A stretch of DNA of 64,000 nucleotides from Anaeramoeba ignava BMAN (GCA_028826165.1 JAPDFW010000033.1:310001-374000), one strand, 5' to 3'. Shown: positions 24,355-37,556, counted from the first letter of the stretch. Translations and numbers: made by a program. Notes: a model not told the origin generated them from the sequence alone.

Positions 24355-26965
24355 TTAAAAAGTGGAATAAAATTAAATCTAAATTATTTTAAAAAGTGGA
24401 ATTAAATTAAATTAAATCTAAATTATTTTAAAAAGTGGAATAAAATTAAATTAAATCTAAATTAAATCTAAATTAAATCTAAATTAAATCTAAATTAAAT
24501 CTAAATTAAATCTAAATTAAATCTAAATTATTTTAAAAAGTGGAATTAAATAAAATCTAAATTAAAAAGTGGAATAAAATTAAATAAAATTAAATCTAAA
24601 TTAAATCTAAATTAAATCTAAATTAAATCTAAATAAAATCAAATTAAATCTAAATTAAATCTAAATTATTTTAAAAAGTGGAATAAAATTAAATCTAAAT
24701 TAAATCTAAATTAAATCTAAATTAAATCTAAATTAAATCTAAATTAAATCTAAATTATTTTAAAAAGTGGAATTAAATTAAATTTAAATTAAATCTAAAT
24801 AAAATTAAATCTAAATTAAATCTAAATTAAATCTAAATTAAAAAGTGGAATAAAATTAAATCTAAATTAAATCTAAATTAAAAAGTGGAATAAAATTAAA
24901 TCTAAATTAAATCTAAATTAAATCTAAATTAAATCTAAATTAAATCTAAATTATTTTAAAAAGTGGAATAAAATTTAATCTAAACTAAATCTAAATTAAA
25001 AAGTGGAATAAAATTAAATCTAAATTAAATTAAAAAGTGGAATAAAATTAAATCTAAATTAAATTAAATTAAATTAAATCTAAATTAAATCTAAATTAAA
25101 TCTAAATTAAATCTAAATTAAATCTAAATTAAATCTAAATTAAATCTAAATTAAATCTAAATTAAATCTAAATTAAATCTAAATTATTTTAAAAAGTGGA
25201 TTAAAATTAAATCTAAATTAAATCTAAATTATTTTAAAAAGTGGAATTAAATTAAATCTAAATTAAATCTAAATTAAATCAAAATTAAATCTAAATTAAA
25301 TCTAAATTAAATTAAATCTAAATTAAATTAAATTAAATCTAAATTAAATCTAATTTTAAAAGTGGAATTAAATTAAATTTAAATTAAATCTAAATTAAAA
25401 AGTGGAATAAAAATTTAATCTAAATTAAATCTAAATTATTTTAAAAAGTGGAATTAAATTAAATTTAAATTAAATCTAAATTAAAAAGTGGAATAAAATT
25501 TAATCTAAATTAAATCTAAATTATTTTAAAAGTTGGAATTAAATTAAATCTAAATTAAATTAAATTAAATCTAAATTAAATTAAATTAAATTAAATTAAA
25601 TTAAATTAAATTAAATCTAAATTAAATTAAATTAAATCTAAATTAAATCTAAATTTAAATCTAAATTAAATAAATCTAAATTAAAAATCTAAATTAAATT
25701 AAATCTAAATTAAATTAAATCTAAATTAAATCTAAATTATTTTAAAAAGTGGAATAAAATTAAATCTAAATTAAATCTAAATTAAATCTAAATTAAATCT
25801 AAATTAAATCTAAATTAAATCTAAATTAAATCTAAATTATTTTAAAAAGTGGAATTAAATTAAATTTAAATTAAATCTAAATTAAATCTAAATTAAATCT
25901 AAATTAAAAAGTGGAATAAAATTAAATCTAAATTAAATTAAATCTAAATTAAATTAAATCTAAATTAAATTAAATCTAAATTAAATCTAAATTATTTTAA
26001 AAAGTGGAATTAAATTAAATTTAAATTAAATCTAAATTAAAAAGTGGAATAAAATTAAATCTAAATTAAATCTAAATTATTTTAAAAAGTGGAATTAAAT
26101 TAAATCTAAATTAAATCTAAATTAAATTAAATCTAAATTAAATTAAATCTAAATTAAAAAGTGGAATAAAATTAAATCTAAATTATTTTAAAAAGTGGAA
26201 TAAAATTAAATTAAATCTAAATTAAATCTAAATTAAATTAAATCTAAATTAAATCTAAATTATTTTAAAAAGTGGAATAAAATTAAATTAAATCTAAATT
26301 AAATCTAAATAAAATTAAATCTAAATTAAATCTAAAAATAAAATTAAATCTAAATTAAATAAAAATTAAATCTAAATTAAATCTAAATTAAATTAAAAAG
26401 TGGAATAAAATTAAATTAAATCTAAATTAAATTAAAGTGGAATAAAATTTAATCTAAATTAAATCTAAATTAAATTAAATCTAAATAAAATCAAATTAAA
26501 TCTAAATTAAATCTAAATTAAATCTAAATTAAATCTAAAATTAAATCTAAATTATTTTAAAAAGTGGAATTAAATTAAATCTAAATTAAATCTAAATTAA
26601 ATTAAATCTAAATTAAATCTAAATTAAATCTAAATTATTTTAAAAGTGGAATTAAATTAAATCTAAATTAAATCTAAATTAAATTTAAATTAAATTAAAT
26701 CTAAATTAAATAAAATCTAAATTAAATCTAAATTAAATCTAAATTAAATTAAATCTATTAAATCTAAATTAAATCTAAATTAAAAAGTGGAATAAAATTA
26801 AATCTAAATTAAATCTAAATTAAATCTAAATTAAATCTAAATTAAATCTAAATTAAATCTAAATTAAATTAAATCTAAATTAAATTAAATTTAAATTAAA
26901 TCTAAATTATTTTAAAAAGTGGAATAAAATTAAATCTAAATTAAATCTAAATTAAATCTAAATAA
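24355..26965. repeat. Intergenic 11-mer satellite (AATCTAAATTA)n with interspersed AAAAGTGGAAT units
   Basis: 2.6 kb array between the divergent ankyrin and NAC-beta genes. Confidence 0.92.
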
Positions 26966-27099
26966 AATTAAATAAAAATTAATTAAAAAGAAAAATGAAT
27001 AATTATGAAAAATAATTACTAATTATTAAAAAAAATTAAAAAAAATTTTTTTCTTTTTTAAATTTTTTTTTCATTTTTTTTTTTCAAAGTAAAACTAAA

Positions 27100-27915
27100 A
27101 TGGATAAGAAAATTAAAAGATTACAAAAAAACTCAGAACAAGTAAGAACAGGAGGAAAAGGTTCAGTGCGCAGAAAGAAGAAAGTTGTACATAAAACAGC
27201 AGGAAGCGAAACAAAACAAATATTAGCACTTTTAACAAAACAACGAGTAATTGACATGAAAGGAGTTGAAGAAGTTGAATTTATTTTTGAGGACAAAATG
27301 CTGTCATTTAAAGCGCCAAAAGTAAAGCAAAATTTCTCAGCAAACACAGTCGTTATTCTTGGAAAAGGAGAAGAAAAACCGCTTCCAAAAGAAGATGATT
27401 CAGTTCTTTCAAAAGAATTTTTGGATCAACTTGCTAAAGAACAAGGCATTTCTACTGAGGAATTACTTAAAAATTATCCCGGTCCACAGCAAAACGTAGA
27501 AGATGATGGAATTCCTGATGTTGATACTTTCGAAGTTAAAGATGAAGATGATGAAAAAGTTGAGGAAAAAAATGATGAACCAAAAATAACTGAAATTGAA
27601 GAGGAAAAAAAAGATGAAGTAAAAATAACTGAAATTGATGATGAAAAAAAAGATGAACCAAAAATAACCGAAATTGAAGAGGAAAAAAAAGATGAAGTAA
27701 AAATTGCTGAAATTGATGATGATGATGTTGTTGTTGATCAAAAAAAAGATGTTGAAATTACTGAAGTTACTGATTCTAATGAAAAAAATACTGATGAACC
27801 CAAAATTACTGAAGTTGAAGATGATAAAAAAGTTGAAGATGATAAAAAAGTTGAAGATGAAAAAAATGAACCAAAAATAACAGAAATTACTGAAGATGAA
27901 ACTAAAAAAGATTAA
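27100..27915 (+). CDS. BTF3: Nascent polypeptide-associated complex subunit beta (BTF3) with an acidic C-terminal extension
   Basis: QVRTGGKGSVRRKKKVVHK N-terminal motif, NAC domain (GVEEV..F..PKV..ANT.VI.G..E.K), IPDV.TFE motif; intronless. Confidence 0.92.
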   Translation: MDKKIKRLQKNSEQVRTGGKGSVRRKKKVVHKTAGSETKQILALLTKQRVIDMKGVEEVEFIFEDKMLSFKAPKVKQNFSANTVVILGKGEEKPLPKEDDSVLSKEFLDQLAKEQGISTEELLKNYPGPQQNVEDDGIPDVDTFEVKDEDDEKVEEKNDEPKITEIEEEKKDEVKITEIDDEKKDEPKITEIEEEKKDEVKIAEIDDDDVVVDQKKDVEITEVTDSNEKNTDEPKITEVEDDKKVEDDKKVEDEKNEPKITEITEDETKKD

Positions 27916-28411
27916 CTTTTTTTAACTTCCAAAAAAAAAAAAACAATTCAATTTCCCTAAAAGAAAAAATTTTTTTTCTTTTCTTTTCTTTTTTTTTTCT
28001 CGTTCAAATTTTCGTAAATAGATAATGGTTCTTCATTTTAATCCATTACGAAATAATAAAACAAATCAAATCAAATTAAAATTTAAAAATTATTTTTTTT
28101 GAAATGATTTTTTTTTATTGAAATTCAAATCAAAAAAAAAAAAAAAGAAAAAAGAAAATTTCATTTGTTTTTGAAGTAAAATAATGAAATGAAAAAATTC
28201 CATTATTTGATCAATTCTTCAAAAATAGTTGTACAGATAAATTGTTTGATAAAAAAAAATTATTTTTTTTTTAATTTCTTCTTTTCTGGTATTTTCTGCA
28301 CAAAACAATAAAAAAAATAAAAAGAAAACAAAAGAGAAACAAAAGAAAAAAAACTTGATCTTTCAAAAGAAAAAAGAAAACAAAAGATCAAATTTTTAAC
28401 GGAAATGAGAA

Positions 28412-31400
28412 CTATTTTTTTGAATGATTTCTTTTACCTGATTGAGGCTTTTTTCTTGGATTCTGTTTTGGTTTTGTAGATTTCTTTGGGGAAGGAGTAT
28501 TTTGTGGTTCAATTAAATTACGAGAATTTGGATCACTTGAAAATCTCATTAATTTGCTTTGAATTTTCTTTCCATAAGGCAAGTTGCGCAGAGAAGGTAA
28601 ATGAGGACGAATCAAATCACCAAGAGCCTTGTGTTGTTGTTCATTAGCAACTTTTAAAGAGGTTTGAATAACATAATTTCCATAAGCGTCATAAAGTAAC
28701 TGTTTAAGTTTAACTGGGTCTTTAGTTAATTCGTCAAGAATTGCGTTTTGCAATCTTGGATCTCCAATAGTTAAGCATTTCTCGACAACGTTTGAAGAGA
28801 ATTTTTGTGAGGAAAGTTCGAATAAATTATTGCGAATTTTTTCTACAAAAACATCTGGAATTTCTCCTAATCCTAATACATATTGAATTACATAATTTGC
28901 AAATGGATCTTGCATTAAACTTATTGAGTTATCGATGATCACTCGAATTAATTCTGTTTTTTGTAAGTTTGGAGATGCGTCTATACATCTTTGCATTACA
29001 CAACATCCGTGTTTATGTGTTGCTATTGTAGCACAATTTCTTGCTACTTCATCAAATATGAACTAAAATTTTTATATAAATATATAAATAAATAATAAAT
29101 AAATAATAAATAAATAATAAATAAATTTATTTTTAAATAAATTTGTACTTGATTTGACTGAACTGAAAAACGATTTAAACATCTTTGAATAACATGATTT
29201 CCATTTGGACTATTTGATAACTTAACAACATGAGGACGAATTGCGCGAAGAAGAAGTTCAATTTCTTCATTTGTTGAAATAGATTCAATCATTTTTTGGA
29301 TTGTACGAGTTCCATAAATATTCAAAGAAATTTGAAGAATAGAAGGTTCAATTTTGCGAATAATAGACATTCTTTGTTCTGAAGTGCAATATTCAATCAA
29401 TTTCTGACATAAATAGTTTCCATAAGGATCCATCATTAATTCATCCAAATTCTGAAATACTTCTGATAAAACTGAAGAAATTGTTCGTGGATCTCCTTCT
29501 TCAATTTTTGTTTGAAGAAACCGACATTCAATTTGATCTTTACTCATTTGATATATTCTTCCATAAACTTGATTCATATTTGTTATTTTGAATAAGTTTG
29601 GATCGCTGTAATATGTATTTTGTGGATTGTTAAAAGTCGGTTGAACTGATTGACTTCTTCCATATGTTTGATAATATGAATATTGATCATATCCATAAAG
29701 ATTAGTATCATCTTGAACTTGGTATGAAAGAGGATTTTGATAAATATTTCCCTTTTTTTAATTTTTAATTTCAAATCAATTTTAATTTCAATTTTAATTT
29801 TAATTTCAATTTTAATTTTCAAATTAATTTTAATTAAAATTTTAATTTTAATTTTAATTTTCAAATCAATTTTAATTTTAATATTGATTTTAATTTAAAT
29901 TTTAATTTTAATATTGATTTTAATTTTAATTTCAAAATAAATTACTTCAAAAGAAGAACTTCTTGGAACTGCTGATTGTGATCTTTGATAATTTGTTTGA
30001 TAAGCATTAGAATATTCTTGGGAATAAGAATCGGATAATTGTGTTTTATTTTCAATAAAAGGATTATAAGATAAACCTTGATCATTTGTTTGTTCTAAAT
30101 GGTCTTGAGAAAATGGTTGATATTCAAGATTTTTCTCATCAAATGGATTATCTGCAATTTAATAAAATAAATATTTAAAATAAATTTTATTATTATTCAA
30201 TAAATACCTTTTCCAAATTTTATCGCTTGAGGTTGTATTGCTGTTGGTTTCATTGGTTGTTGAGTTGTGGTTGTTTTTTCTATTGGTAAATTTAATGATT
30301 TTTGGTTATTTGATTTTTGTTCTTCTTTTGATGGTGATTTTTGTGGAAGTGGTGATTCAATGTTATTTGGTTCTGTTTTTTTAGTATGATTTTGATTTGG
30401 AATTGAATTTTCTCCATTATTTTCATCTTCAAGTTCTCCATCAATTAAATAATCTATTGGTGATGGTGGTTGAAATATTGCATGTCTAGGTGAATCTACT
30501 CCATTTCCTTTAATTTAATATTTAATTTAATATTTATTTTAATATTTATTTTAATATTTATTTTAATATTTATTTTAATATTTATTTTAATATTTATTTT
30601 AATATTTATTTTAATATTTATTTTAATATTTATTTTAATATTTATTTTAATATTTAATTTAATATTTATTTTAATATTTATTTTAATATTTATTTTTAAT
30701 ATTTATTTTTAATATTTATTTTTAATATTTAATTTAATATTTATTTTAATATTTAATTTTAATATTTATTTTAATATTTAATTTAATATTTATTTTAATA
30801 TTTATTTAAATATTTGATTTAATATTTATTTTAATATTTAATTTAATATTTATTTTAATATTTATTTAAATATTTGATTTAATATTTATTTTAATATTTA
30901 TTTTAATATTTATTTTAATATTTATTTTATTATTTATTTTAATATTTATTTTAATATTTATTTTAATATTTAATTTAATATTTATTTTAATATTTAATTT
31001 AATATTTATTTTAATATTTATTTTAATATTTATTTTAATATTTAATTTAATATTTAATTTAATATTTATTTAAATACTGTCTTTTTTATACATAACGACA
31101 ATTCATACATTACGACAAAAATCAATAAAAAATTAATTAAAACAAACAAAAAATTTTTATAAAGATTTTTTTCTTGTTTATTTTTTTTTAATCAATCATA
31201 ACGACGATCGATTTAAAAATTAAAATAAGAAAGAGATCTCTGGGCCTCGTTGTTTCATATGTAGAGGTCAAATTTTCTCACTCGTTAAGACACTTTTTTT
31301 ATTAATCGTCATTTGATAAAATTATGACTCATGATTATCAAAAATGATTTGTGTTGGCCTCAATTATTTCCTCATAAATTTGATCAATTTATATTTGAAA

Positions 31401-34313
31401 AATTCCATTATCCAAAACAATCTCTTCCCATTGATGTTTTTTTGGTGATTGGGAATGATAAAAGTTGTTCATAGGTCTTTTAATAAGAGGAAATAGTTCT
31501 TGGTTATCTTCTCCATTTGGTTCAGTATTCTCCTCATAGCCAAACTTATTCTGGGTTATTTCAATACTAGAATCTTTCTCAAATCCAATCTTAGGAGGAA
31601 TTTGTGTAAGTGTTAATTTTCTTTTTAGAATTGAACGAATAATTTTTCTCTTCAACAAAATTTTCTTGCTTCTTTGGTTTTTTGAATTGTTGGTTTTTTT
31701 GCAATCAAATGATTCCTTTATTGGGACTTCTTCAAAGTGGGTTTGTGGAATTTCATCAGAATTTACTATTTCCATTTCCAAATTAAGTTTAGTTGGAACA
31801 GATTCATTTTTTTCTTCTATTTTTTCTTTGTTTGAATTCTCTTTTTCAGTTGCTTCTATCTTTTTCACAGAATGTGTTTCAATAAAATCCATCACTGACT
31901 TTTCATCAAAAGAATCTAAATTATCATGAATGATTCCTGTTTTGCGAAAAGCTCTTGCAAATAAATGTGCTTCAATTTTATTCCAAGCAGAAAAACATGC
32001 TTTTGTCACTTTTAATCTTTTTATTCTTAATGAATCTTCTGATAGAATTTCTTCCTCTAATTCATCTTGATATTTGAATTTAAATTGCCTAAAAATCATC
32101 TTGTCTAAAGGTTGAAGTTGCCCAGTTAAATGAGGAGGAATGAAAAAAACCTCTACTTGATTTTTAAAAGCAAAATCAATAAAAGTTTTATCTTCATGAA
32201 CTTTAAAATGATCAAGAAAAAGAGCACATGGTGTGGGAGTGTTAGGTAAAAATACTTCTTTGAACCATTTCATTAGAACTGTCCTTGTCATCCATGATTT
32301 ACTATTGGCAAAAAAGGTACAATTTCCTTTAAGATTTGTATTGCTGATATCCTGCTTAATCCATTTAATAACTCTAGAACCTCCTTTCAAAATGAAAGTT
32401 AGTGGAAGATGTTTCCCATCTGCTCCAATGCATCCCACTACTGTGCATCCTTCTTTGGGATTTCCTTTAGATTTAATTTGGGCTTGCTTTTTTCCCTTTT
32501 CTGATACAGTCTTTTTAATCTCAGGTTCGAAAACAATATGAGTTTCATCCATATTGAATACTTGAGAATGGGAATATCTTGCTTCCAAATCTTTAGTCAT
32601 TTCTAGAAATTCTTCCACTTCTTTTTTCCCATCAAAATCATCAGGGAAAATTTCATGAATGCATGCTTGTCTTAATGTTAAATTATTTCTCTTCATAAAT
32701 CGATAAATCCAACTTGAATTGATAGACTTTTTTCGAGATGAGAAAAAAAGAGATTTAGCTAACTTCCCAATTTGCTTTGGTGTAATTGATTCTCCAGCAG
32801 AAATATCATCTCGTATTAATTCTAATAATTGATTCTCATCATCTTCTTTCAAAATTCTTTTATTTTTTATATTTGCTTCTACTCTTCCATCTTTTGTATT
32901 TTCATTCATGGGCTTCTCTCTTTTCCATCTCCAGTAACGAGTTGATAATGCTGAGCGGGAAATATTATATTTTTTGGCATAATATGTAATACTTCCCCTT
33001 TTCTTTTCTTCTACTTTCTCAAAAATTTTTTTCCAAGGAATATCAACATAATTACGTCTTTTCGATTTTACTTTTGGAGTCTTCTTTGGATTCTTGTTTG
33101 AATTCTTTTTGCATCTGGCCATCACAACAAAAAAACAAAAAGTTATGAAAAAAAAATGAAATTTGAAAAAAAAATGAAATCTTAAAACTCAAAAAAAAAC
33201 TTGAAAAGTTGGAAAAAAATAACCCTTGTTGCTTTTTAAATTAAAAAATAGAATTGAAATATTCATAAGAGGATTTATTCATCTTTAAAAAGAAGAAGTG
33301 TCTTTATGTAAGTCAAAAAATCGAACAACAAAGAAAAAAAAATGAAAAAAAAGCATCATTTAATAATGGAGGAATAAAGGAAGGAAAAAAAAAATAAAAT
33401 AAATTTTATTATTAAAAAATAAAATCTCAAATGATAGATTTTTTTAACGGTTTTTCTTTTATGATTAAAACGCGAATTTTTTCGCTTTTGTCGTTATGTA
33501 TGAAAAAGACAGTATTTAATTTAATATTTATTTTAATATTTATTTTAATATTTATTTTAATATTTATTTAAATATTTAATTTAATATTTATTTTAATATT
33601 TATTTTAATATTTATTTTAATATTTATTTAAATATTTATTTTAATATTTATTTCAATATTTATTTTAATATTTATTTTAATATTTAATTTAATATTTATT
33701 TTAGTTGAATAGGGTAATAAATGTTAAGAAAGCAATTCAAGAAAGTAATGACTATTCATTTCTTAATTATTAAAAATAATAAAAAAAAAGGAAAAAAAAG
33801 AGAAAAAAAAATTTTTTAAAAGAAATATTAAATACCAAAATCATCTTGTCCAATAAAATCATTTCTTTTTATTTTTTGATCTTTTTGGAGACTTAATTGA
33901 TTCATTCTTAAGTCATTAACAGGATCTCTTGAATTAGCACCAACTGACAAATTAGACTTTTGAAAACGATGCAAATCCAAAATTGATTCACGATTTAAAT
34001 TATTATCTTGAAGATTCCAAATAGTTTTTTCTTTTTGTTCCTTTTTATTTAATTGATTGAGGTTTTTTTGAAAATTAATATTGGAAATGGAATTATTAAA
34101 TTGGTTTCTATTTTTTGAAGATGAAAAGAATGGTAATAATGGTTTTTGTTTCAAATTATTATCAAAATTGATCTGGTTCGTTTTGTTTATTGTTGGTATT
34201 GGTTTAAAAAATGTCTTTTCTTTCTTGTTTTTTGATTTCAATATTTCGCTTTGTTTTGTTGGATTTTTATTATTTTTTTCATTCATTTTATCGTTTTCAA
34301 CTGTAGTGATCAT
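28412..34313 (-). CDS. Pumilio/PUF RNA-binding protein of Puf4/Puf5 type
   Basis: Exons 34313-33836, (possible 9-nt exon 33761-33753), 30507-30208, 30151-29946, 29751-29149, 29062-28412. Eight PUF repeats with recognition motifs CRxxQ, NYxxQ, TRxxQ, NHxxQ, CCxxQ, NYxxQ, SNxxE, NYxxQ, the pattern of fungal Puf4/5. Confidence 0.88.
31077..33512 (-). mobile_element. pogo/Fot1-like (Tc1/mariner superfamily) DNA transposon, 2436 bp, apparently intact
   Basis: 25-bp terminal inverted repeats 31077-31101 and 33488-33512 (CTGTCTTTTTYATACATAACGACAA, 1 mismatch); TA target duplication at 31075-76 and 33513-14; full transposase ORF inside. Confidence 0.95.
31389..33122 (-). CDS. pogo-type DDD transposase (CENP-B-like HTH + DDE_1 domain, DD35D)
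   Basis: HTH (YAKKYNISRSAL; SWIYRFMKRNNL), catalytic NMDET, LFLDHFKVH and LQPLD with 35 residues between the 2nd and 3rd Asp. Confidence 0.93.
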   Translation of the reverse strand: MARCKKNSNKNPKKTPKVKSKRRNYVDIPWKKIFEKVEEKKRGSITYYAKKYNISRSALSTRYWRWKREKPMNENTKDGRVEANIKNKRILKEDDENQLLELIRDDISAGESITPKQIGKLAKSLFFSSRKKSINSSWIYRFMKRNNLTLRQACIHEIFPDDFDGKKEVEEFLEMTKDLEARYSHSQVFNMDETHIVFEPEIKKTVSEKGKKQAQIKSKGNPKEGCTVVGCIGADGKHLPLTFILKGGSRVIKWIKQDISNTNLKGNCTFFANSKSWMTRTVLMKWFKEVFLPNTPTPCALFLDHFKVHEDKTFIDFAFKNQVEVFFIPPHLTGQLQPLDKMIFRQFKFKYQDELEEEILSEDSLRIKRLKVTKACFSAWNKIEAHLFARAFRKTGIIHDNLDSFDEKSVMDFIETHSVKKIEATEKENSNKEKIEEKNESVPTKLNLEMEIVNSDEIPQTHFEEVPIKESFDCKKTNNSKNQRSKKILLKRKIIRSILKRKLTLTQIPPKIGFEKDSSIEITQNKFGYEENTEPNGEDNQELFPLIKRPMNNFYHSQSPKKHQWEEIVLDNGIFQI

Positions 34314-34673
34314 TTTATTGAAAAGTTGAAAAGAAAAGTGATTCAAAAATTAAAAAAAAAATTAAAAAAAAAATTAAAAAAATTTTAATTAAAAAAAAAA
34401 AAAGGGAAAAAAAAAGCGAAAAAAAAAAAATTAAAAATAAAATAAATAAAAAGAAATAGAATTTAAGTTTTGAAAATCTTTTTATTTGGTTTTTGTTTTT
34501 AAAAAAAATTAAAGAGATCCTTTTGATCTTTTTGATTGATTATTCTTATTCCAAAAAATAGAAATTTTTTTTCTTTCTTTCTTTTTAATTTAATTTTTAA
34601 TTTAATTTTTAATTTAATTTTTAATTTAATTTTTAATTTAATTTTTAATTTAATTTTCAATTTAATTTTTAAT

Positions 34674-37556
34674 TTAATTTTCATTATTTTGAGTTAAATC
34701 AACATCAGTAACCATATTTAATAATAAATTGACAACAGAATCTTTGTTTTCTTTTGCTAATTTCATAATTTTTTCAACTTCTTTTTTTTCAAAATCAATA
34801 TATTCTTTTTTAAGATCAGTAGAAGAATCTTTATTCTATTCAAAACAAATTTTTTAAATTTTGATTTTGATTTTGATTTTAATTTAATTTAATTTTAAAT
34901 TGATTTTGATTTTAATTTGATTTTAATTTGATTTTGATTTTAATTTGATTTTGATTTGATTTTGATTTAATTTAATTTTGATTTTGATTTTGATTTTAAT
35001 TTGATTTGATTTGATTTTGATTTTAATTTGATTTTAATTTGATTTGATTTTAATTTAATTTGATTTTGATTTGATTTTAATTTGATTTTGATTTGATTTT
35101 AATTTAATTTGATTTGATTTTATTTTGATTTTATTTGAATTTAATTTGATTTGATTTTAATTTTAATTTTAATTTGATTTTATTTGATTTGATTTAATTT
35201 AATTTTGATTTAATTTTGATTTTGATTTGATTTGATTTGATTTGATTTTGATTTAATTTGATTTTGATTTTGATTTTATTTGAATTTAATTTAATTTGAT
35301 TTTGATTTTAATTTTAATTTTGATTTTAATTTTAATTTTAATTTTGATTTGATTTGATTTTGATTTTGATTTTGATTTTGATTTTGATTTAATTTTGATT
35401 TTGATTTTGATTTTGATTTGATTTGATTTTGATTTTATTTTAATTTTAATTTTAATTTTGATTTTGATTTTGATTTTAATTTTGATTTTGATTTTGATTT
35501 TGATTTTAATTTGATTTGATTTTGATTTTAATTTTAATTTAATTTGATTTTGATTTTAATTTTGATTTTGATTTGATTTGATTTTAATTTTAATTTTAAT
35601 TTTGATTTGATTTTAATTTTGATTTGATTTTGATTTTAATTTGATTTTGATTTAATTTGATTTTGATTTAATTTGATTTTAATTTGATTTAATTTGAATT
35701 TAATTTGAATTTAATTTGAATTTAATTTGAATTTAATTTGATTTGATTTTGATTTGATTTAATTTAATTTTATTTGAATTGATTTGATTTGATTTTGATT
35801 TAATTTTGATTTTAATTTAATTTAATTTAATTTTAATTTTGATTTCAATTTAATTTTGATTTGATTTTGATTTGATTTGATTTGATTTGAATTTGATTTT
35901 AATTTAATTTAATTTTATTTGAATTGATTTAATTTAATTTTAATTTTGATTTTGATTTTAATTTGATTTGATTTTAATTTAATTTTGATTTAATTTTAAT
36001 TTGATTTGATTTTGATTTTGATTTTGATTTGATTTTAATTTGATTTAATTTGATTTTAATTTGGTTTTAATTTGATTTTAATTTGGTTTTAATTTGATTT
36101 AATTTGATTTTAATTTAATTTAATTTTGATTTAATTTTGATTTTAATTTAATTTTAATTTAATTTTAATTTAATTTGATTTTATTTTAATTTAATTTTGA
36201 TTTTGATTTGATTTGATTTGATTTTAATTTGATTTTAATTTGATTTGATTTTAATTTGATTTGATTTGATTTTGATTTTGATTTTGATTTTAATTTTGAT
36301 TTTGATTTTGAATTTGATTTGATTTTAATTTGATTTTGATTTGATTTTAATTTGATTTTGATTTAATTTTAATTTGATTTTGATTTAATTTTAATTTAAT
36401 TTGATTTTAATTTTATTTGATTTTGATTTTAATTTGATTTAATTTGATTTTGATTTGATTTTGATTTGATTTTGATTTGATTTTGATTTTGATTTTATTT
36501 TGATTTTGATTTTGATTTTAATTTTAATTTAATTTAATTTTAATTTTATTTTAATTTTGATTTTAATTTTAATTTAATTTTGATTTTAATTTATTTTGAT
36601 TTTGATTTTGATTTGATTTTGATTTGATTTGATTTTGATTTTGATTTTATTTGATTTTGATTTTAATTTGATTTAATTTGATTTTGATTTGATTTTGATT
36701 TGATTTTGATTTGATTTTGATTTTGATTTAATTTTGATTTTGATTTTGATTTTGATTTTGATTTGATTTTGATTTTGATTTTAATTTAATTTAATTTTAT
36801 TTGAATTGATTTAATTTAATTTTAATTTTGATTTTGATTTTAATTTGATTTGATTTTAATTTAATTTTGATTTTGATTTTGATTTAATTTGATTTTAATT
36901 TGATTTTAATTTTAATTTAATTTTGATTTTAATTTGATTTTGATTTAATTTTGAATTTGATTTGATTTTAAATTTAATTTAATTTTGATTTTAATTTATT
37001 TTGATTTTAATTTAATTTGATTTAATTTTGATTTTAATTTGATTTTAATTTAATTTGATTTAATTTAATTTTGATTTTGATTTGATTTTGATTTGATTTT
37101 GATTTTGATTTTGATTTTGATTTGATTTTGATTTAATTTGATTTTAATTTTATTTTATTTTAATTTGAATTTAATTTGATTTTGATTTTAATTTGATTTT
37201 TCATTAAAGAGATAAAATCTGATTCATCCAAAATTTTAATTGAAAATGTAATTGAAAAAAAATTTTTAAATAACAAAATAAATTATGATTGTTATTTTGC
37301 AATTAAAAAAATAAATAAAATATAAATTGATAATTTAACCAAATTGTTTTAAATAAAAACACACTTCTTCTTGGAATTTTTGACTTTCTTCTTCTTTTTT
37401 TCTTCGATATTCTTTAATTTCTTCGTGCGCTTCTTCTTTAGCTTGTCGAAGTTTTTGAATTTTCATTTCTTTAGAAACAGCAAGTTGATTTTGAAATTCA
37501 AATTCAATTTGAAGTAAACCTTCCATATTTGATAGATAATTTGAATGTTTTGACAT
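34674..37556 (-). CDS. V-type ATPase subunit G
   Basis: Exon 1 37556-37365 ...KIQKLRQAKEEAHEEIKEYR..KEEE; 2529-nt intron 37364-34836; exon 2 NKDSSTD...ENKDSVVNLLLNMVTDV, as in V-ATPase G C-termini. Confidence 0.85.
34860..37200. repeat. Intronic (GATTT/GATTTT/AATTT)n array
   Basis: 2.3 kb mixed 5/6-mer repeat. Confidence 0.92.

Larger units (their letters stand above)
30515..33702. repeat. Intronic 12-mer satellite (AATATTTATTTT)n, split by the transposon (30515-31076 and 33513-33702)
   Basis: The same repeat is present on both sides of the element. Confidence 0.9.

Noticed and set aside
24355-26965. Possible CRISPR array or telomeric repeat
   Set aside because: There are no unique spacers or cas genes, the context is eukaryotic and internal, and the unit is not a G-rich telomere type.
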